A stretch of DNA of 64,000 bases, taken from contig CAWAWS010000004.1 in the NCBI GenBank assembly GCA_963785725.1, positions 159,739 through 223,738 of the forward strand. Direction: 5' to 3'. Below the pieces are notes generated by a model. It saw only the letters and a list, made by a program, of their open reading frames with translations, searched no databases and was not told where the DNA came from. A program made the position numbers and the translations under genes. This DNA comes from an uncultured delta proteobacterium (GTDB lineage: Bacteria > Myxococcota_A > Polyangia > Palsa-1104). This document shows, piece after piece, positions 7,123 through 23,402 of the stretch (position 1 is the first letter of the stretch; each line of letters starts with the position of its first letter).

Positions 7123-9558
7123 TTAGGCCAGCGCGATGACGGTGACGCCGTCGCCGCCCTCTTCGGGCGTGGCCGGGCGGACTTCGGAGACGCCGGGGAA
7201 CGCGCCCAGCTGTTTGCGCAGCGCTTCGCGCAAGGCGCCGGTGCCGTGGCCGTGGATGACGAAGACGGCCTCTTGTCCCGTGCGCAGCGCGTCGTCGAGG
7301 AACTTCTCGGCCAGGCCGACGGCGGCGTCGACGCGCTCGCCGCGCAGGTCGAGCGTGTTGTAGCCGCCGCGCACGACCGCCTTGGGCGGCGGCGGTGCTT
7401 CGAACGCGTTGTGACCGCGTTGCGCGCGCGCCGTCTTCTCGGTCTTCGTCTTGACAATCGTCAGCTCGTCGAGGCCGACGTTGAGCTTGAGCGGCCCCGC
7501 CTGCACGGCGACCGATTTGCCCTTCGGCGGCCCCAGCACCGTCGCGCGACCGTTGATGCGGCGCACCCACACTTCGACGCCGGCGCGCAGATCGTCGACG
7601 GTGGCGGGGCGACCGGGCGGCGCTTCCGGCTGCGGCGCGCGCTCGTGGACCTGCTTCGCCGCTTCGGCGATCTGCTTCTTCGCCTCCTGCACGTTCGCCG
7701 CCGTGACTTGGCCGCCGGCGCGGCGCAACACCGTCGCCGTGCGGTCGAGCTCGGCGCGCGCTTTGCGCAGCGTATCGACGGCTTCATCGTGCGCGCCGCG
7801 CCGCGCCTTTTCCAGCTGCTCCTTGGCGAGGTTGGCGCGCGTCTCGGCGGCTTGGGTTTGGCGCGCGGCCTCCTGCCGCTCTTCTTCGGTCGCCAAACGC
7901 TCGGCGTAGATGCGCTGGCGCTCGCCCTCCAAGTCCATCAGCAGCTGCTCGAGGCTCGCTTGACCGGTGCCCGCCAGCGCCGTCGCGCGCGTGCAGATGG
8001 CATCGCCGACGCCGAGCCGGCGCGCGACGTGGATCGCGCCCGACGCGCCGGGCACGCCGAGATGCAGCTGATAGGTCGGCAGCATGCGCTCCAAGTCGAA
8101 GCCCACCGACGCGTTGACGAAGCGATGATCGGACGTCGGCAGCGCCTTCAATCGATCGTAGTGCGTCGTCGTCACGCCGCTGGCGCCCTTGTCGGCCAGC
8201 GCTTCCAGCACCGCTTGCGCGAGCGCGGCGCCTTCGGTCGGGTCGGTGCCGCCGCAGACTTCGTCGAGCAGGACGAGCACGTTGGGGCCGGCGTCGTCGA
8301 GGAACGTGTGGAGCGCCAGCACGTGCGCCGAGAACGTCGACAGATCGCGCTCGATGCTTTGATCGTCGCCGATGTCGGACAAGATCGTCGTGAACCAAGG
8401 GATGCGCGAGCCCTCTTGCGCCGGAATGTGCAGGCCGGCGCGCGCCATCAACGTCAACAGGCCCGCGAGCTTGAGCGCGACCGTCTTGCCGCCCGCGTTC
8501 GGGCCCGACACGATGAGCGTGTGGCCGACGGCGACGACCACGTCGTTGGGGATGATGACGCGCGGCTCGGGCCGGCCGAGCTCGGCGATCACCATCATCG
8601 GATGGCGCGCGCGACGCAGGTCGAGCTTGGCGCTCGGCGTGACCGGCTCGAGATCGGGCGGCGTGGCGCGCAGATCAATCGACAGGCGCGCCGAGGCGTC
8701 GACGAGATCGAGCACCGACAAGACCTCGAGGTTCGTCTGGATTCGCGGCAGCGCTTCTTGCACGAGCAGCGACAGCTCGGCCAAGATGCGCCGCTCCTCC
8801 TCGGCCACTTCCAGCTCGGCCAGCTTCAGCCGATTGTTGAGATCGACGACGTCTTCGGGCTCGACGAACACCGTTTGTCCCGACTGCGACGTGCCGTGGA
8901 CGATGCCGCGCACCTTCGAGCGCGCGTCGACGCGAATGGGCACGACGTAGCGATCTTCGCGCTGGGTGAAGAAGCGATCCTGCAGGTGCGGCGCGACGTG
9001 GGTGCCGTCGAGCAGCCGCTCGAGCTTGCGCTCCAGCTCCTCGCGAATGCGCAGCGCGTTGCGACGCAGGCCGCCGAGCGCCGGCGACGCCCGATCGCGC
9101 AGGCGGACGCGGCCTTCGCCCTCTTCGAACGAGTCGCCGATGCTGCTGGAGACGTCGTCGAGGTCGCTGATGAGCGCGGCGCGGCCGGTCAGGCGCGGCG
9201 CGTTGCCGTGACGACCGAGGTGGCGGCGGATCTTGGCGCCGGCGAGCAGCGTCTGCGCCACGTCGCGCAGCGACTGCGGATCGAGCGCGCCCGACTTGGC
9301 CGAGCGCTGCAAGGCCTCGTCGATGTTGCGCACGGCCCAATCGGGACCGCTGAACGGCAGCGGCTCACCGACGTCACGTAGGGCGCGCGCCTCGGACACC
9401 TCTTCGTGCCGCGCGCGCGCGTCCTCGAGCCGATCGTAGAGCGCGAGCGTGCGCGCCAGCTCGGCGCCGCGTCCGCTCACGCAACGCCGTTCGAGCTCCT
9501 GCAGGAGGCGGATCCAGCCGAGGTCCGCCGCGGTCTTGTCGGGCACGCCGTTCGCCAT
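7123..9558 (-). CDS. mutS2: Endonuclease MutS2
   Basis: SGPNAGGKT, DIGDDQSIERDLSTFSAH, LLDE..GTDP, Smr domain LDLRG...IHGHGTG. Confidence 0.95.
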   Translation of the reverse strand: MANGVPDKTAADLGWIRLLQELERRCVSGRGAELARTLALYDRLEDARARHEEVSEARALRDVGEPLPFSGPDWAVRNIDEALQRSAKSGALDPQSLRDVAQTLLAGAKIRRHLGRHGNAPRLTGRAALISDLDDVSSSIGDSFEEGEGRVRLRDRASPALGGLRRNALRIREELERKLERLLDGTHVAPHLQDRFFTQREDRYVVPIRVDARSKVRGIVHGTSQSGQTVFVEPEDVVDLNNRLKLAELEVAEEERRILAELSLLVQEALPRIQTNLEVLSVLDLVDASARLSIDLRATPPDLEPVTPSAKLDLRRARHPMMVIAELGRPEPRVIIPNDVVVAVGHTLIVSGPNAGGKTVALKLAGLLTLMARAGLHIPAQEGSRIPWFTTILSDIGDDQSIERDLSTFSAHVLALHTFLDDAGPNVLVLLDEVCGGTDPTEGAALAQAVLEALADKGASGVTTTHYDRLKALPTSDHRFVNASVGFDLERMLPTYQLHLGVPGASGAIHVARRLGVGDAICTRATALAGTGQASLEQLLMDLEGERQRIYAERLATEEERQEAARQTQAAETRANLAKEQLEKARRGAHDEAVDTLRKARAELDRTATVLRRAGGQVTAANVQEAKKQIAEAAKQVHERAPQPEAPPGRPATVDDLRAGVEVWVRRINGRATVLGPPKGKSVAVQAGPLKLNVGLDELTIVKTKTEKTARAQRGHNAFEAPPPPKAVVRGGYNTLDLRGERVDAAVGLAEKFLDDALRTGQEAVFVIHGHGTGALREALRKQLGAFPGVSEVRPATPEEGGDGVTVIALA

Positions 9559-9863
9559 GGGCGATAGCGTGTAGCGCAAATCGGCCGCGAATGCGAACGC
9601 CGCTGCCTGACTTGGGGGCGCGCGTGGGTGCGGAGCGCGTGCGGCCGGAATAAACCTCCCACCGGCGTGGCTCGCTCCCACGATGGCCGATTCCGACGGA
9701 GCGGGCTCGCGCGCGTCCACCGGACGCTCGCGCGAGCCCGCCATGCCGGCCAGAGTCAGCGACCGCTCGTGACCACTTCGTCGTCGGCCGAATCAATCGT
9801 CCCGCCGGAATCGACCGTCAATCTGCTCCGGAATCCGCGCCCGCCGCCGCCTTCGCGCCGACG

Positions 9864-13253
<3,390 letters not shown>

Positions 13254-13304
13254 GGCGAGGGCGTCGAACGAGCATACCACGTAATGGGCGCTGGGCCCGC
13301 CGAA

Positions 13305-13574
13305 TCAGTCGTGGTCGGCGAAGTCGGACGGCGGTGCGACCATGTCGGCGGACGTGGCCGACAGATCGAGCGGCGCGGCGGCGGCGTCCGAGAAGCCGCA
13401 GGTGTCGCTGTTGCCGATCAAGTGACAGTAGTTGTCGGCGCGGCACTCGTAATCGTCGGGGCAGGCGGGTGCGGTGCCCGAGCAGACGAACGAGCATGAC
13501 GGCTTGTCGGGATTGAAGCAGCCGGTGAAACCGAAGAGCCCGCAGACGATCGTGGCGAGGACGATACGGCGCAT
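13305..13574 (-). CDS. Small Cys-rich lipoprotein
   Basis: Lipobox FTGC; CPDDYECRADNYC; acidic tail. Confidence 0.75.
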   Translation of the reverse strand: MRRIVLATIVCGLFGFTGCFNPDKPSCSFVCSGTAPACPDDYECRADNYCHLIGNSDTCGFSDAAAAPLDLSATSADMVAPPSDFADHD

Positions 13575-14656
13575 CAGAAGCTACCTTGCAGCGAGAGGCC
13601 GGCCGAATTCGGGCCGACGGCGGGTGCGAAGCGCAGCGCGGTCGCGGTCTTCTTTTCGGGCGGCCGCTTGGCGTCGACGACGAACAGGACGACGGTGGCG
13701 ACGGCCGAAGCCGCCGACGCCGAGAAGAACGCGATGCCGAGGCCGTTGTAGAGGTTGCCGTCGCTCTTGAGCTGGTTGAGCGTCGAGTTCGTGGCCGACG
13801 TGAACTGATTGGGCTGTCCCGACGTGCTGACGAACGACAGCTGCCGCGTAATCTCGTCGGCGCGCGACTGCGCGGCCAGGCCGAACACGGCGCCGGCCGT
13901 CAACAGCGCCAGCGTCGAGGCCACGCCAATCCAAGCGGCGACGCGCAGACGGGTGGGCGGACCTTCGTCGATGAGGCCGGGCACGGTCGTCGGCGGCGGC
14001 CCCGGCTCGATCGATTTCTCGGGCGCGGACGGATGCGCGGCGCGCTCGGGCGTCGGCGTCGTCGGTGGCGCCATCGTCGTCGGCGGCAGCGCGCTCGTGT
14101 TCGGCTCCGTCGATTCCGGCACCGAGCTCGGCGCCGGCGCCGGCGTCGGCGTCGGCGCGGCCGAGCCGGTCGTCTCGCTCGTCGTCGGCGCGGTCGGCGA
14201 AGGCGTGGCCGGCGCGGCCGGCGAAGGCGTGGCCGGCGCGCTCGGCGTCGCTGCCGCAATCGGCGCCGTCGTCGCCGCCGCGGCCGGCTTGTCATCCGGC
14301 GCCGACTGATCGACGAGCCGCAGATGCTTGGCTTCGATCGCGCGAATCCGCTTTTGCACGTCGGGCTTGTCGGCGGCCTGCGGCTGATCCTTCAAGTACT
14401 GCTTGTAGCTCGCCACCGCTTTGGCGCCGTCGCCGGCCTTCTCGTACGACTCGCCGATGTTGAACAGCACGACCGGATCTTTGCTGATGGCGTAGGCGGC
14501 TTCGAACTCGCCGGCTGCGGTCTTGAATTTGCGCGCGCCGAACGCTTCTTGCGCGGCCGAAAAGTGCTTTCCGGCGGCCTCGAAATCTTGCGCGTGCGCG
14601 ACCGCGGCGAAGGCCGTCACCGTCGCTAACACGAGCGAAAAAAGTACGGTACGCAT
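13574..14656 (-). CDS. Secreted TPR protein with Pro/Thr-rich linker and hydrophobic C-terminal region
   Basis: Signal peptide AHA-Q; TPR FEAAYAI...LFNIGESYE...YKQYL; ends LQGSF. Confidence 0.8.
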   Translation of the reverse strand: MRTVLFSLVLATVTAFAAVAHAQDFEAAGKHFSAAQEAFGARKFKTAAGEFEAAYAISKDPVVLFNIGESYEKAGDGAKAVASYKQYLKDQPQAADKPDVQKRIRAIEAKHLRLVDQSAPDDKPAAAATTAPIAAATPSAPATPSPAAPATPSPTAPTTSETTGSAAPTPTPAPAPSSVPESTEPNTSALPPTTMAPPTTPTPERAAHPSAPEKSIEPGPPPTTVPGLIDEGPPTRLRVAAWIGVASTLALLTAGAVFGLAAQSRADEITRQLSFVSTSGQPNQFTSATNSTLNQLKSDGNLYNGLGIAFFSASAASAVATVVLFVVDAKRPPEKKTATALRFAPAVGPNSAGLSLQGSF

Positions 14657-14702
14657 TTGAAAGCGCATCTTACATGACTCCGCATATACTGCCAGCCCGC
14701 GC

Positions 14703-16779
<2,077 letters not shown>

Positions 16780-16808
16780 GCTCGCCGTAGCGCGTATATA
16801 ATCGTCGC

Positions 16809-17372
16809 GTGCGGTTCCTGTTGCTGGTGGTGGGGTGGTTGCAGGTGGCGGCCGGGCTTCGCGATCGAATATCGTGGGCTATCGCAACCGCTACATCCAT
16901 CGCGAATACGGCAAACGCGACCGGCCTCAAGGCCGAGGGCGTCCGTCTACGCTCGGGCTCGACTGGCTGACGTTCCTCTTCTGCACGCCGCTCGGCTGGT
17001 TGTCGCTGTGGCTGCTCGGTGAAGGGCTGTTGCGCGTCCTGTCGTCGGGCATGGATCAGCCCTTCTCGACGCTGCCGATCGTGCTCTATCGCTTCGCACG
17101 CAAGCACGCGCGGCGTCCGCCGCCGCCACCGCCGCGCGACATTTTGCGCCGTGAAGGCGACGCCATCGTCATCGACAGCGCGCGCGACTACGGCTGGGAT
17201 TCGCTGGCGACGATCGAGATCGACGGCGCGCTGTACACGCGTCGAATACGAGCCGCCCGCGCCGCCGCCGATTCGCGCGTTTCGCTATCGACTGACGCCG
17301 ATCGCGCCCAACCACGTCATCCGCGTCGTGACGCGCTATGCGATCGAGAATTCGGAGGCGAGCAAGCCGTAG
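16809..17372 (+). CDS. Hypothetical membrane protein with several apparent frameshifts
   Basis: TATAAT 6 nt before GTG 16809; hydrophobic segments; frame switches near 16856, 16870 and 17240. Confidence 0.45.
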
Positions 17373-17905
17373 ATGAGCGTATCGCCGTAATTGCGGCCGT
17401 CGAAGTAGGACTGGCGCGTGCAGCCTTCGCGGCGAAAGCCGACGCGCTCGAGCGTGCGCGCCGAGGCGGCGTTGCCGGCGTCGACCTGCGCTTCGACGCT
17501 GTTGAGGCCGAGCGTCACGAAGCCGAAGCGCACGGCGGCGGTCAGCGCCTCGACGCCGAGCCCGCGCCGCCACTGATCGCGGCGCAGGATGAAGCCGATT
17601 TCCGAGCGTGAATGGGTGCGCTGCCACTGCCAATGGCCGATCTTGCCGATGGCGACGTCGGAGTCGGCGCTGGTGATGACCCACTCGATGCCGACGTTGG
17701 CGATGTTGCGCGCGATGATCTCGCCCACCATCTTCGCGGTCACGGCCAGCGACGCGTGCGGCGGCGTCGACCAATAGCGCATCGTCGCCTCGTCGCCGAA
17801 GACGTCGAACAGCGCGACCGCATCCTCGGTGCGCAGCGCGCGTAAACGCAGGCGCGGCGTCGTCAACGTCGGCGGCGCCGGCGGTAAGGTCGCCGGGTCA
17901 ATCAT
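17336..17905 (-). CDS. GNAT family N-acetyltransferase (RimJ/RimL-like)
   Basis: LTTPRLRLR, EIGFIL...WRRGLG, NAASARTLERVGFRREG. Confidence 0.9.
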   Translation of the reverse strand: MIDPATLPPAPPTLTTPRLRLRALRTEDAVALFDVFGDEATMRYWSTPPHASLAVTAKMVGEIIARNIANVGIEWVITSADSDVAIGKIGHWQWQRTHSRSEIGFILRRDQWRRGLGVEALTAAVRFGFVTLGLNSVEAQVDAGNAASARTLERVGFRREGCTRQSYFDGRNYGDTLIYGLLASEFSIA

Positions 17906-17959
17906 CGAAGGACCTGAGAAAAGCACGAGCGGTGGAAGAAAGCGCGGAGAACTGCGTTC

Positions 17960-18250
17960 TTAGTGCTTGTGGGCCTTGTCGACCTTTTGCACTTCCGCTT
18001 CCACCGTCTTCAAGTTGCGCTCGAGGGTGCGGATGGTGTCCTTCAAGTCGCGCACTTCTTGCCGCGTCGCCAGCTTGAACGTCTTGGCCAGCGACTGCAC
18101 GCTCGAATCGAACGACGCCTGCGCCTTGCCGCGCAGCTCGAACCCCTTCATGACGACGTTCATCACCTTCGGGCTCGACATCAGCTTCATCACGCGCGGA
18201 TCGCTCATCAGCCGCATCCCGCGCTCCATCACCGTCTTCTTGATGCTCAT
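17960..18250 (-). CDS. Hypothetical coiled-coil protein (phasin/UbiK-like C-terminal motif)
   Basis: LATRQEVRDL..I..LE motif; typical GC3 coding bias. Confidence 0.65.
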   Translation of the reverse strand: MSIKKTVMERGMRLMSDPRVMKLMSSPKVMNVVMKGFELRGKAQASFDSSVQSLAKTFKLATRQEVRDLKDTIRTLERNLKTVEAEVQKVDKAHKH

Positions 18251-18390
18251 CTTCGCTCGGGCCTCCAACTTGGCGAAGAGATGTCACGCTTGACCGCCTG
18301 TGTCAAACGGCGCCGCCCAGCCGCTCGTGGTGCGGTCGCTTGTCGCCTTCGTCCTTCATTTTCGCTAGGCTAGCCGTCGTAAGGAGATCC

Positions 18391-18669
18391 ATGCGCGCGC
18401 TTATCATCACCTTCGCTTTCGCTTCGTTGCTCGCCGGCTGCGGCACCTCGCAGGACGTCATCGCGTGCGGCGCGTGCAACAGCTTCGCCGACAAGCACGG
18501 CGTCGCCGCCGCCTGCTGCGGTCGCGGCTGCGTCATCCAAGACAAGAGCTGCCCGAGCGGCTATCACTACGTCGCCGGCGACGGCACCTCGTTCGCCGAG
18601 TGCGCGCCCGCCGACGAGTGCTACCAACCGGACGCCGCCGTCACCATCGACATGTCGCAGCAAGACTGA
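18391..18669 (+). CDS. Small Cys-rich lipoprotein
   Basis: Lipobox LAGC; further Cys residues; tail PDAAVTIDMS. Confidence 0.7.
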   Translation: MRALIITFAFASLLAGCGTSQDVIACGACNSFADKHGVAAACCGRGCVIQDKSCPSGYHYVAGDGTSFAECAPADECYQPDAAVTIDMSQQD

Positions 18670-18741
18670 CGCGCCGCCAACGCGAGCGGAGATCGTCCGC
18701 GGCGACGGGCCGATAGGTGCATAATGTGCTAGGAAAAGCGC

Positions 18742-19245
18742 GTGGCAGCCAGCGACCACAAGCAGCACGCAGCAGCGTCGGTTCGCGTCTTCGTCGTCAC
18801 CGTCTCCGATTCGCGCACCGAGGAGACCGACACGTCGGGGCGGGCCGCGCGGACGCTCGTCGAAGCGGCGGGCCACGTCGTCGCCGGCTATCGCATCCTC
18901 AAAGACGAGCCCCATGAAGTGGCCGCGCTCATTCGCCGCATCGCCGACGAGCGCATCGCCGACGTCGTCATCACGTCGGGCGGCACCGGCATCACGACGC
19001 GCGACTCGACGTACGAAGCCGTCAGCTCGCTGCTCGACAAGCAGCTCGACGGCTTCGGCGAGATCTTCCGCATGCTGTCGTTCGCCGAAATCGGCAGCGC
19101 GGCGATGATGTCGCGCGCCGTCGCCGGCGTGCACAAGGGCGTGGCCGTGTTCGCGACGCCGGGCTCGACCGGCGCCGTCACGCTGGCGCTCGAGAAGCTC
19201 ATCATCCCCGAGCTCGGCCACCTCGTGTTCGAGACCCACCGATGA
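18742..19245 (+). CDS. moaB: Molybdenum cofactor biosynthesis protein MoaB/MogA family
   Basis: TVSDSR...DTSG, SGGTG...RDST, GFGEIFR, PGS. Confidence 0.9.
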   Translation: MAASDHKQHAAASVRVFVVTVSDSRTEETDTSGRAARTLVEAAGHVVAGYRILKDEPHEVAALIRRIADERIADVVITSGGTGITTRDSTYEAVSSLLDKQLDGFGEIFRMLSFAEIGSAAMMSRAVAGVHKGVAVFATPGSTGAVTLALEKLIIPELGHLVFETHR

Positions 19246-20279
19246 TGCCGCGCCGCACGCTGCCGCTGTTGCCGTCGGTGTTGAGCGACAGCTTTGCGCG
19301 GCGCGTGACCTATCTGCGCGTGTCGCTCACCGATCGCTGTAACTATCGCTGCGTCTACTGCATGCCGGAAGCGGGCGTCGATCTGGTGCCGCGCGCCGAC
19401 GTGCTGTCGTTCGAGGAGATCGAGCGGCTCGTGCGCGTCATGATGGGCTTCGGCGTGCGCCGCGTGCGCTTGACGGGCGGCGAGCCGACCGTACGCAAAG
19501 ACCTGGTGCAGCTGGTGACGCGCTTGGGCGCGCTCGGTCTCGACGACCTGGCGATGACGACGAACGGCGATCGCCTGGCCGAGCTGGCCGCGCCGCTGCG
19601 CGCCGCCGGCTTGTCGCGCCTCAACGTCTCCATCGATACGCTCGACGCCGACAAGTTTCGCGCGGTCACGCGCCGCGGCGAGCTGGCGCGCGTGCTCGCC
19701 GGCGTCGCCGCCGCGCGCGCCGCCGGCTTTACGGGCACGAAGATCAACGCCGTCGTCATGGGCGGCGTCAACGACGACGAGCTGCCGCGATTGTGCGACT
19801 GGGCCTGGCGCAACGGCGTCGTGCCGCGCTTGATCGAGTCGATGCCGATGTCCGACGGCGCGCTGTTCCACGGCGGCGCCAGCTTCGTCTCGGCCGCGCA
19901 CATGCGGGCGCGACTAGAGGCTGCCTTTGGTCCGCTCGCCGCCGACGACGGTGAAGGCGTGCCCGGCGTCGGCCCGGCGCGCTACCTGCGCGTGACGTCC
20001 GGCGTTCACCGCGGCGCACGGGTCGGCATCATATCGGCGGTCAGCGAGCCCTTCTGCGACACCTGCAACCGCGTGCGTTTGAGCGCCACCGGCCAATTGC
20101 ACACCTGCCTCGCCATCGATGACGACTCCGACTTGCGCACACCTTTACGCGCCGGCGCGACTGACGAGGAGCTGGCACGAAAGGTGCTCACTGCCGTCTC
20201 CGCGAAACAGGAGGGCCATCGCTTCACCCCATGCGGCGCGGGCGGTCCGCGCAAACACATGGTAGCGATCGGGGGCTAG
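19242..20279 (+). CDS. moaA: GTP 3',8-cyclase MoaA
   Basis: LRVSLTDRCNYRCVYC, FCDTCNRVRL...TCL, C-terminal IGG. Confidence 0.95.
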   Translation: MMPRRTLPLLPSVLSDSFARRVTYLRVSLTDRCNYRCVYCMPEAGVDLVPRADVLSFEEIERLVRVMMGFGVRRVRLTGGEPTVRKDLVQLVTRLGALGLDDLAMTTNGDRLAELAAPLRAAGLSRLNVSIDTLDADKFRAVTRRGELARVLAGVAAARAAGFTGTKINAVVMGGVNDDELPRLCDWAWRNGVVPRLIESMPMSDGALFHGGASFVSAAHMRARLEAAFGPLAADDGEGVPGVGPARYLRVTSGVHRGARVGIISAVSEPFCDTCNRVRLSATGQLHTCLAIDDDSDLRTPLRAGATDEELARKVLTAVSAKQEGHRFTPCGAGGPRKHMVAIGG

Positions 20280-20286
20280 TCCCCCG
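20270..20286 (+). terminator. Possible hairpin at the moaA stop
   Basis: CGGGGG-CTAGT-CCCCCG inverted repeat; weak U-tract. Confidence 0.3.
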
Positions 20287-20344
20287 AAATTGGGGTAAAA
20301 TGGCCCCAACCACGAGACCCCTCACGTGAACGTAGCGAGGCAAC

Positions 20345-20827
20345 ATGTCACGCCAGAAGCGTAAGATCATCAGCGGCCTGGTCACGCTCGGCCTGATCAT
20401 CGGCGGCATCACCTATTTGTTCTACTCGTCGGCGGGCGAAGCGTTCGAGTACTACAAGCACGTCGACGAGATCATGGCCAACCCGAGCCAGTGGTCGCAC
20501 AAGCACGTGCAAATGCATGGCTTCGTGCAGCCTGGATCGATCAAGAAGCGCTTCGACAAAGAGCATCAGACGATCGAGTACAAGTTCCAGGTCGTCAACT
20601 GCGGCGCCGAGATGGAGGCACGCTATTCGGGCACTGTGCCTGACACATTCAAGGATCGCGCGGAGGTCGTGTTGAAGGGCAAGCTCGCCGACGGCCGCTT
20701 CGACGCGCGCGAAATCAGCGCCAAATGCCCGTCGAAGTATTCGGCGCGGCCGGATGGCCCGGCGGCGACGCTGTGCACGAAGGGCGACAAGAACATCGAG
20801 ACCGCGCAAGCGCCGGCGGCGCAATAA
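20345..20827 (+). CDS. ccmE: Cytochrome c maturation heme chaperone CcmE (CxxxY variant)
   Basis: N-terminal TM; PDTFKD; AKCPSKY. Confidence 0.92.
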   Translation: MSRQKRKIISGLVTLGLIIGGITYLFYSSAGEAFEYYKHVDEIMANPSQWSHKHVQMHGFVQPGSIKKRFDKEHQTIEYKFQVVNCGAEMEARYSGTVPDTFKDRAEVVLKGKLADGRFDAREISAKCPSKYSARPDGPAATLCTKGDKNIETAQAPAAQ

Positions 20828-23399
20828 TGCACGGCAATCCCATCGCCACGCTCGGTGATGCCGGGCTATTTCTGGCGCTCATCGTCTCCGGCTACGTCGT
20901 CGGCGCCGGTGTCGCGGGCGCGCGGCGGCAGGACCGCCGGCTCGTCCGCTCGGCCGTCTACGCGTCCTACGGCGCCACCGCGCTCATCACGTTCTCGTCG
21001 CTGGTGATGTGGTTCGCGCTGCTCTCCAACGACTACTCCATCAAGTACGTGCAGCAGCACTCGGACGCCTCGATGCCGTGGATCTACAAGATCACGTCGT
21101 TCTGGGGCGGGCTCGAAGGATCGATCGTCTGGTGGCTGCTCTTGCTGGCGCTGTTCTCGTCGCTGGCGATCTACGTCAACCGCGAGCGGCACAAAGAGCT
21201 GATCCCGTACGTGGCGGCGATCTCTGTACGTCGTCATCGGCTTCTTCTTGTTCCTCATCATCTTCCAGAAGCGGCCGTTCGACGTCTTCTTGACCGAGAC
21301 GCCGCACAGCGGAAAAGGCCTCAATCCGCTCTTGCAGAACCCGTACATGGCGACGCATCCGCCGTCGCTGTATCTGGGGTTCGTGTCGGCGACGGTGCCG
21401 TTCGCGTTCGGTCTGGCGGCGCTCATCACCGGCAACCTCGACGACAGCTGGCTCGCATCGACGCGGCGCTGGATGATCGTCTCTTGGTACTTCCTGTCGC
21501 AGGGCCTGATCCTCGGCATGCTGTGGGCGTACGAGGAGCTCGGCTGGGGCGGCTATTGGGCGTGGGATCCGGTCGAGAACGCGGGCCTCTTGCCGTGGCT
21601 GACGGCGACGGCGTTCTTGCACTCGATCATGATCCAAGAGCGGCGCGGCATGATGAAGGTGTGGAACGTCTCGCTCGTCATCATCACCTTCATCCTGACG
21701 ATGCTGGGCACGTTCATGACCCGCTCCGGCATCGTTCAGTCGGTGCACGCGTTCGGTCAGGATACGACGCTCGCCTATATCTTCATCAGCTTCATCGGCG
21801 TCGTCTTCATCTTCTCGTTCGGCTACGTCATCTATCGCTTGCCGCTCTTGCGCTCGCGTAACGAGCTCGACTCGTGGATCTCGCGCGAGTTCTCGTTCCT
21901 CCTGAACAACTGGATTCTGCTCGGCTGCGCCTTCTTCATCCTCGTCGCGACCTTGTTCCCGACGATCAGCGAATGGGCGACCGGCGAGCGCATCACCGTC
22001 GGCCCGCCGTTCTTCACCAAGTGGATGATGATTCCCGGCCTGACGCTCTTGTTCTTGACCGGCGTCGGACCGAACATCGCCTGGCGTAAAGCGTCGACGG
22101 AGAACCTGAAGGCGCAGTTCTTGGGCCCGTTCGCCGTGATGCTGCTGACCGGCATCATCCTCGCGTTCACGCCGCTCGGCGGCTGGAGCGAGTGGCACCT
22201 GTGGAAGTCGGCGGTGCTGAAGCTGCCGATCACCGCGCCGGTCTTGTGCTTCGCGCTGTCGGCGTTCGTCGTCACGACGATCACGCAGGAGTTCTACCGC
22301 GGCACGCGGGTGCGTCAGGCGCACACGAAGCTCGACTTCTTCACGTCGCTCATCGGCCTCGTCGCGCGCGGCAAGCGTCGTTACGGCGGCTACATCGTCC
22401 ACATCGCCATCGTCCTCATGTTCGTCGGTTTCGCCGGCGACGCTTACAAACAAGAGGGCGACTTCACGGTGTCGCAAGGCAAAGAGGTGACCCTCGGTCG
22501 CTACACCTTGCGCTACGACGGCGTCGAGCAGACGTCGTCGCCGGAGAAGGACATGACGACGGCGACGCTGCCGGTGTTCGTCGACGGCAAGCTGTACGCG
22601 ACTATGCATCCGGCCAAGTGGGCCTTCCGCCATCACGAAGACGAGCCGCCGACGACCGAAGTCGACATGCATCGCACGGCGCGCGAGGACCTGTACGTCG
22701 TCTTGAACGGCGTCGACTCGCAGGCCGGCTTCGCCAACGTCAAGGTCGTCATCAACCCGCTCGTCGACTGGATCTGGGTCGGCTTCATGCTGCTCGCGTT
22801 CGGCACCATCATCGCGTACATGCCGGACCGCGCGTATGTGTTGGCGGGCGCGGCGGCCAAGTCAGACAAGACCAAAGCAGCGACGACGGCGACGCTCGTG
22901 ATCTTCATGCTCGTCGGCCTCGGCTCGGTGGCGCGCGCGCAAGCGCCGGCGATGGCACCCATGCAAGGCTCGCTGATGCATTCGGCGCGGTCGCCGCGCG
23001 AGCAGACGCTGTTCAGCAAGTACAAATGCGGCTGCGGCACCTGCACGCACTCGCTCGATCAGTGCGAGAGCGAGTGCGGCTCGGGCGAGATGCGGCGCGT
23101 CGAGATCCAAGGCTTCGTCGATCGCGGCCTGACCGACGACCAGATCAACGACCTCGAGATCAACAAGTACGGCGAAGAGACGCTGCGGCTGCCGCTCGAC
23201 AAAGGCTATCGACGCATTCTCTACATCTTGCCGCTGGGCGTGATCTCTGGGTGCCGTGGGCGTGCTCGTGCTGGTGGCGCGCCGCTCGTCGTCGTCCAAG
23301 TCGCCGACGCCCACGCCGCCTGTCACGAACGACAAGTCCGCCAAAGAAGACGATGACTACAATGCCCGCCTCGACGACGAGCTCGACGAGCTCGACTAA
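20827..23399 (+). CDS. ccmF: Heme lyase CcmF fused to a CcmH-like domain; +1 frameshifts near 21223 and 23246 (probable artefacts)
   Basis: WGGLEGS, GLNPLLQNP..HPP, WGGYWAWDPVENA, TRSG..SVHAF; C-terminal CGCGTC...KYG..LRLP, ending RLDDELDELD. Confidence 0.9.
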
Positions 23400-23402
23400 C
23401 GC

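Noticed and set aside
18670..18741. Moco riboswitch upstream of moaB
   Set aside because: The intergenic space is too short and shows no recognisable conserved motif.
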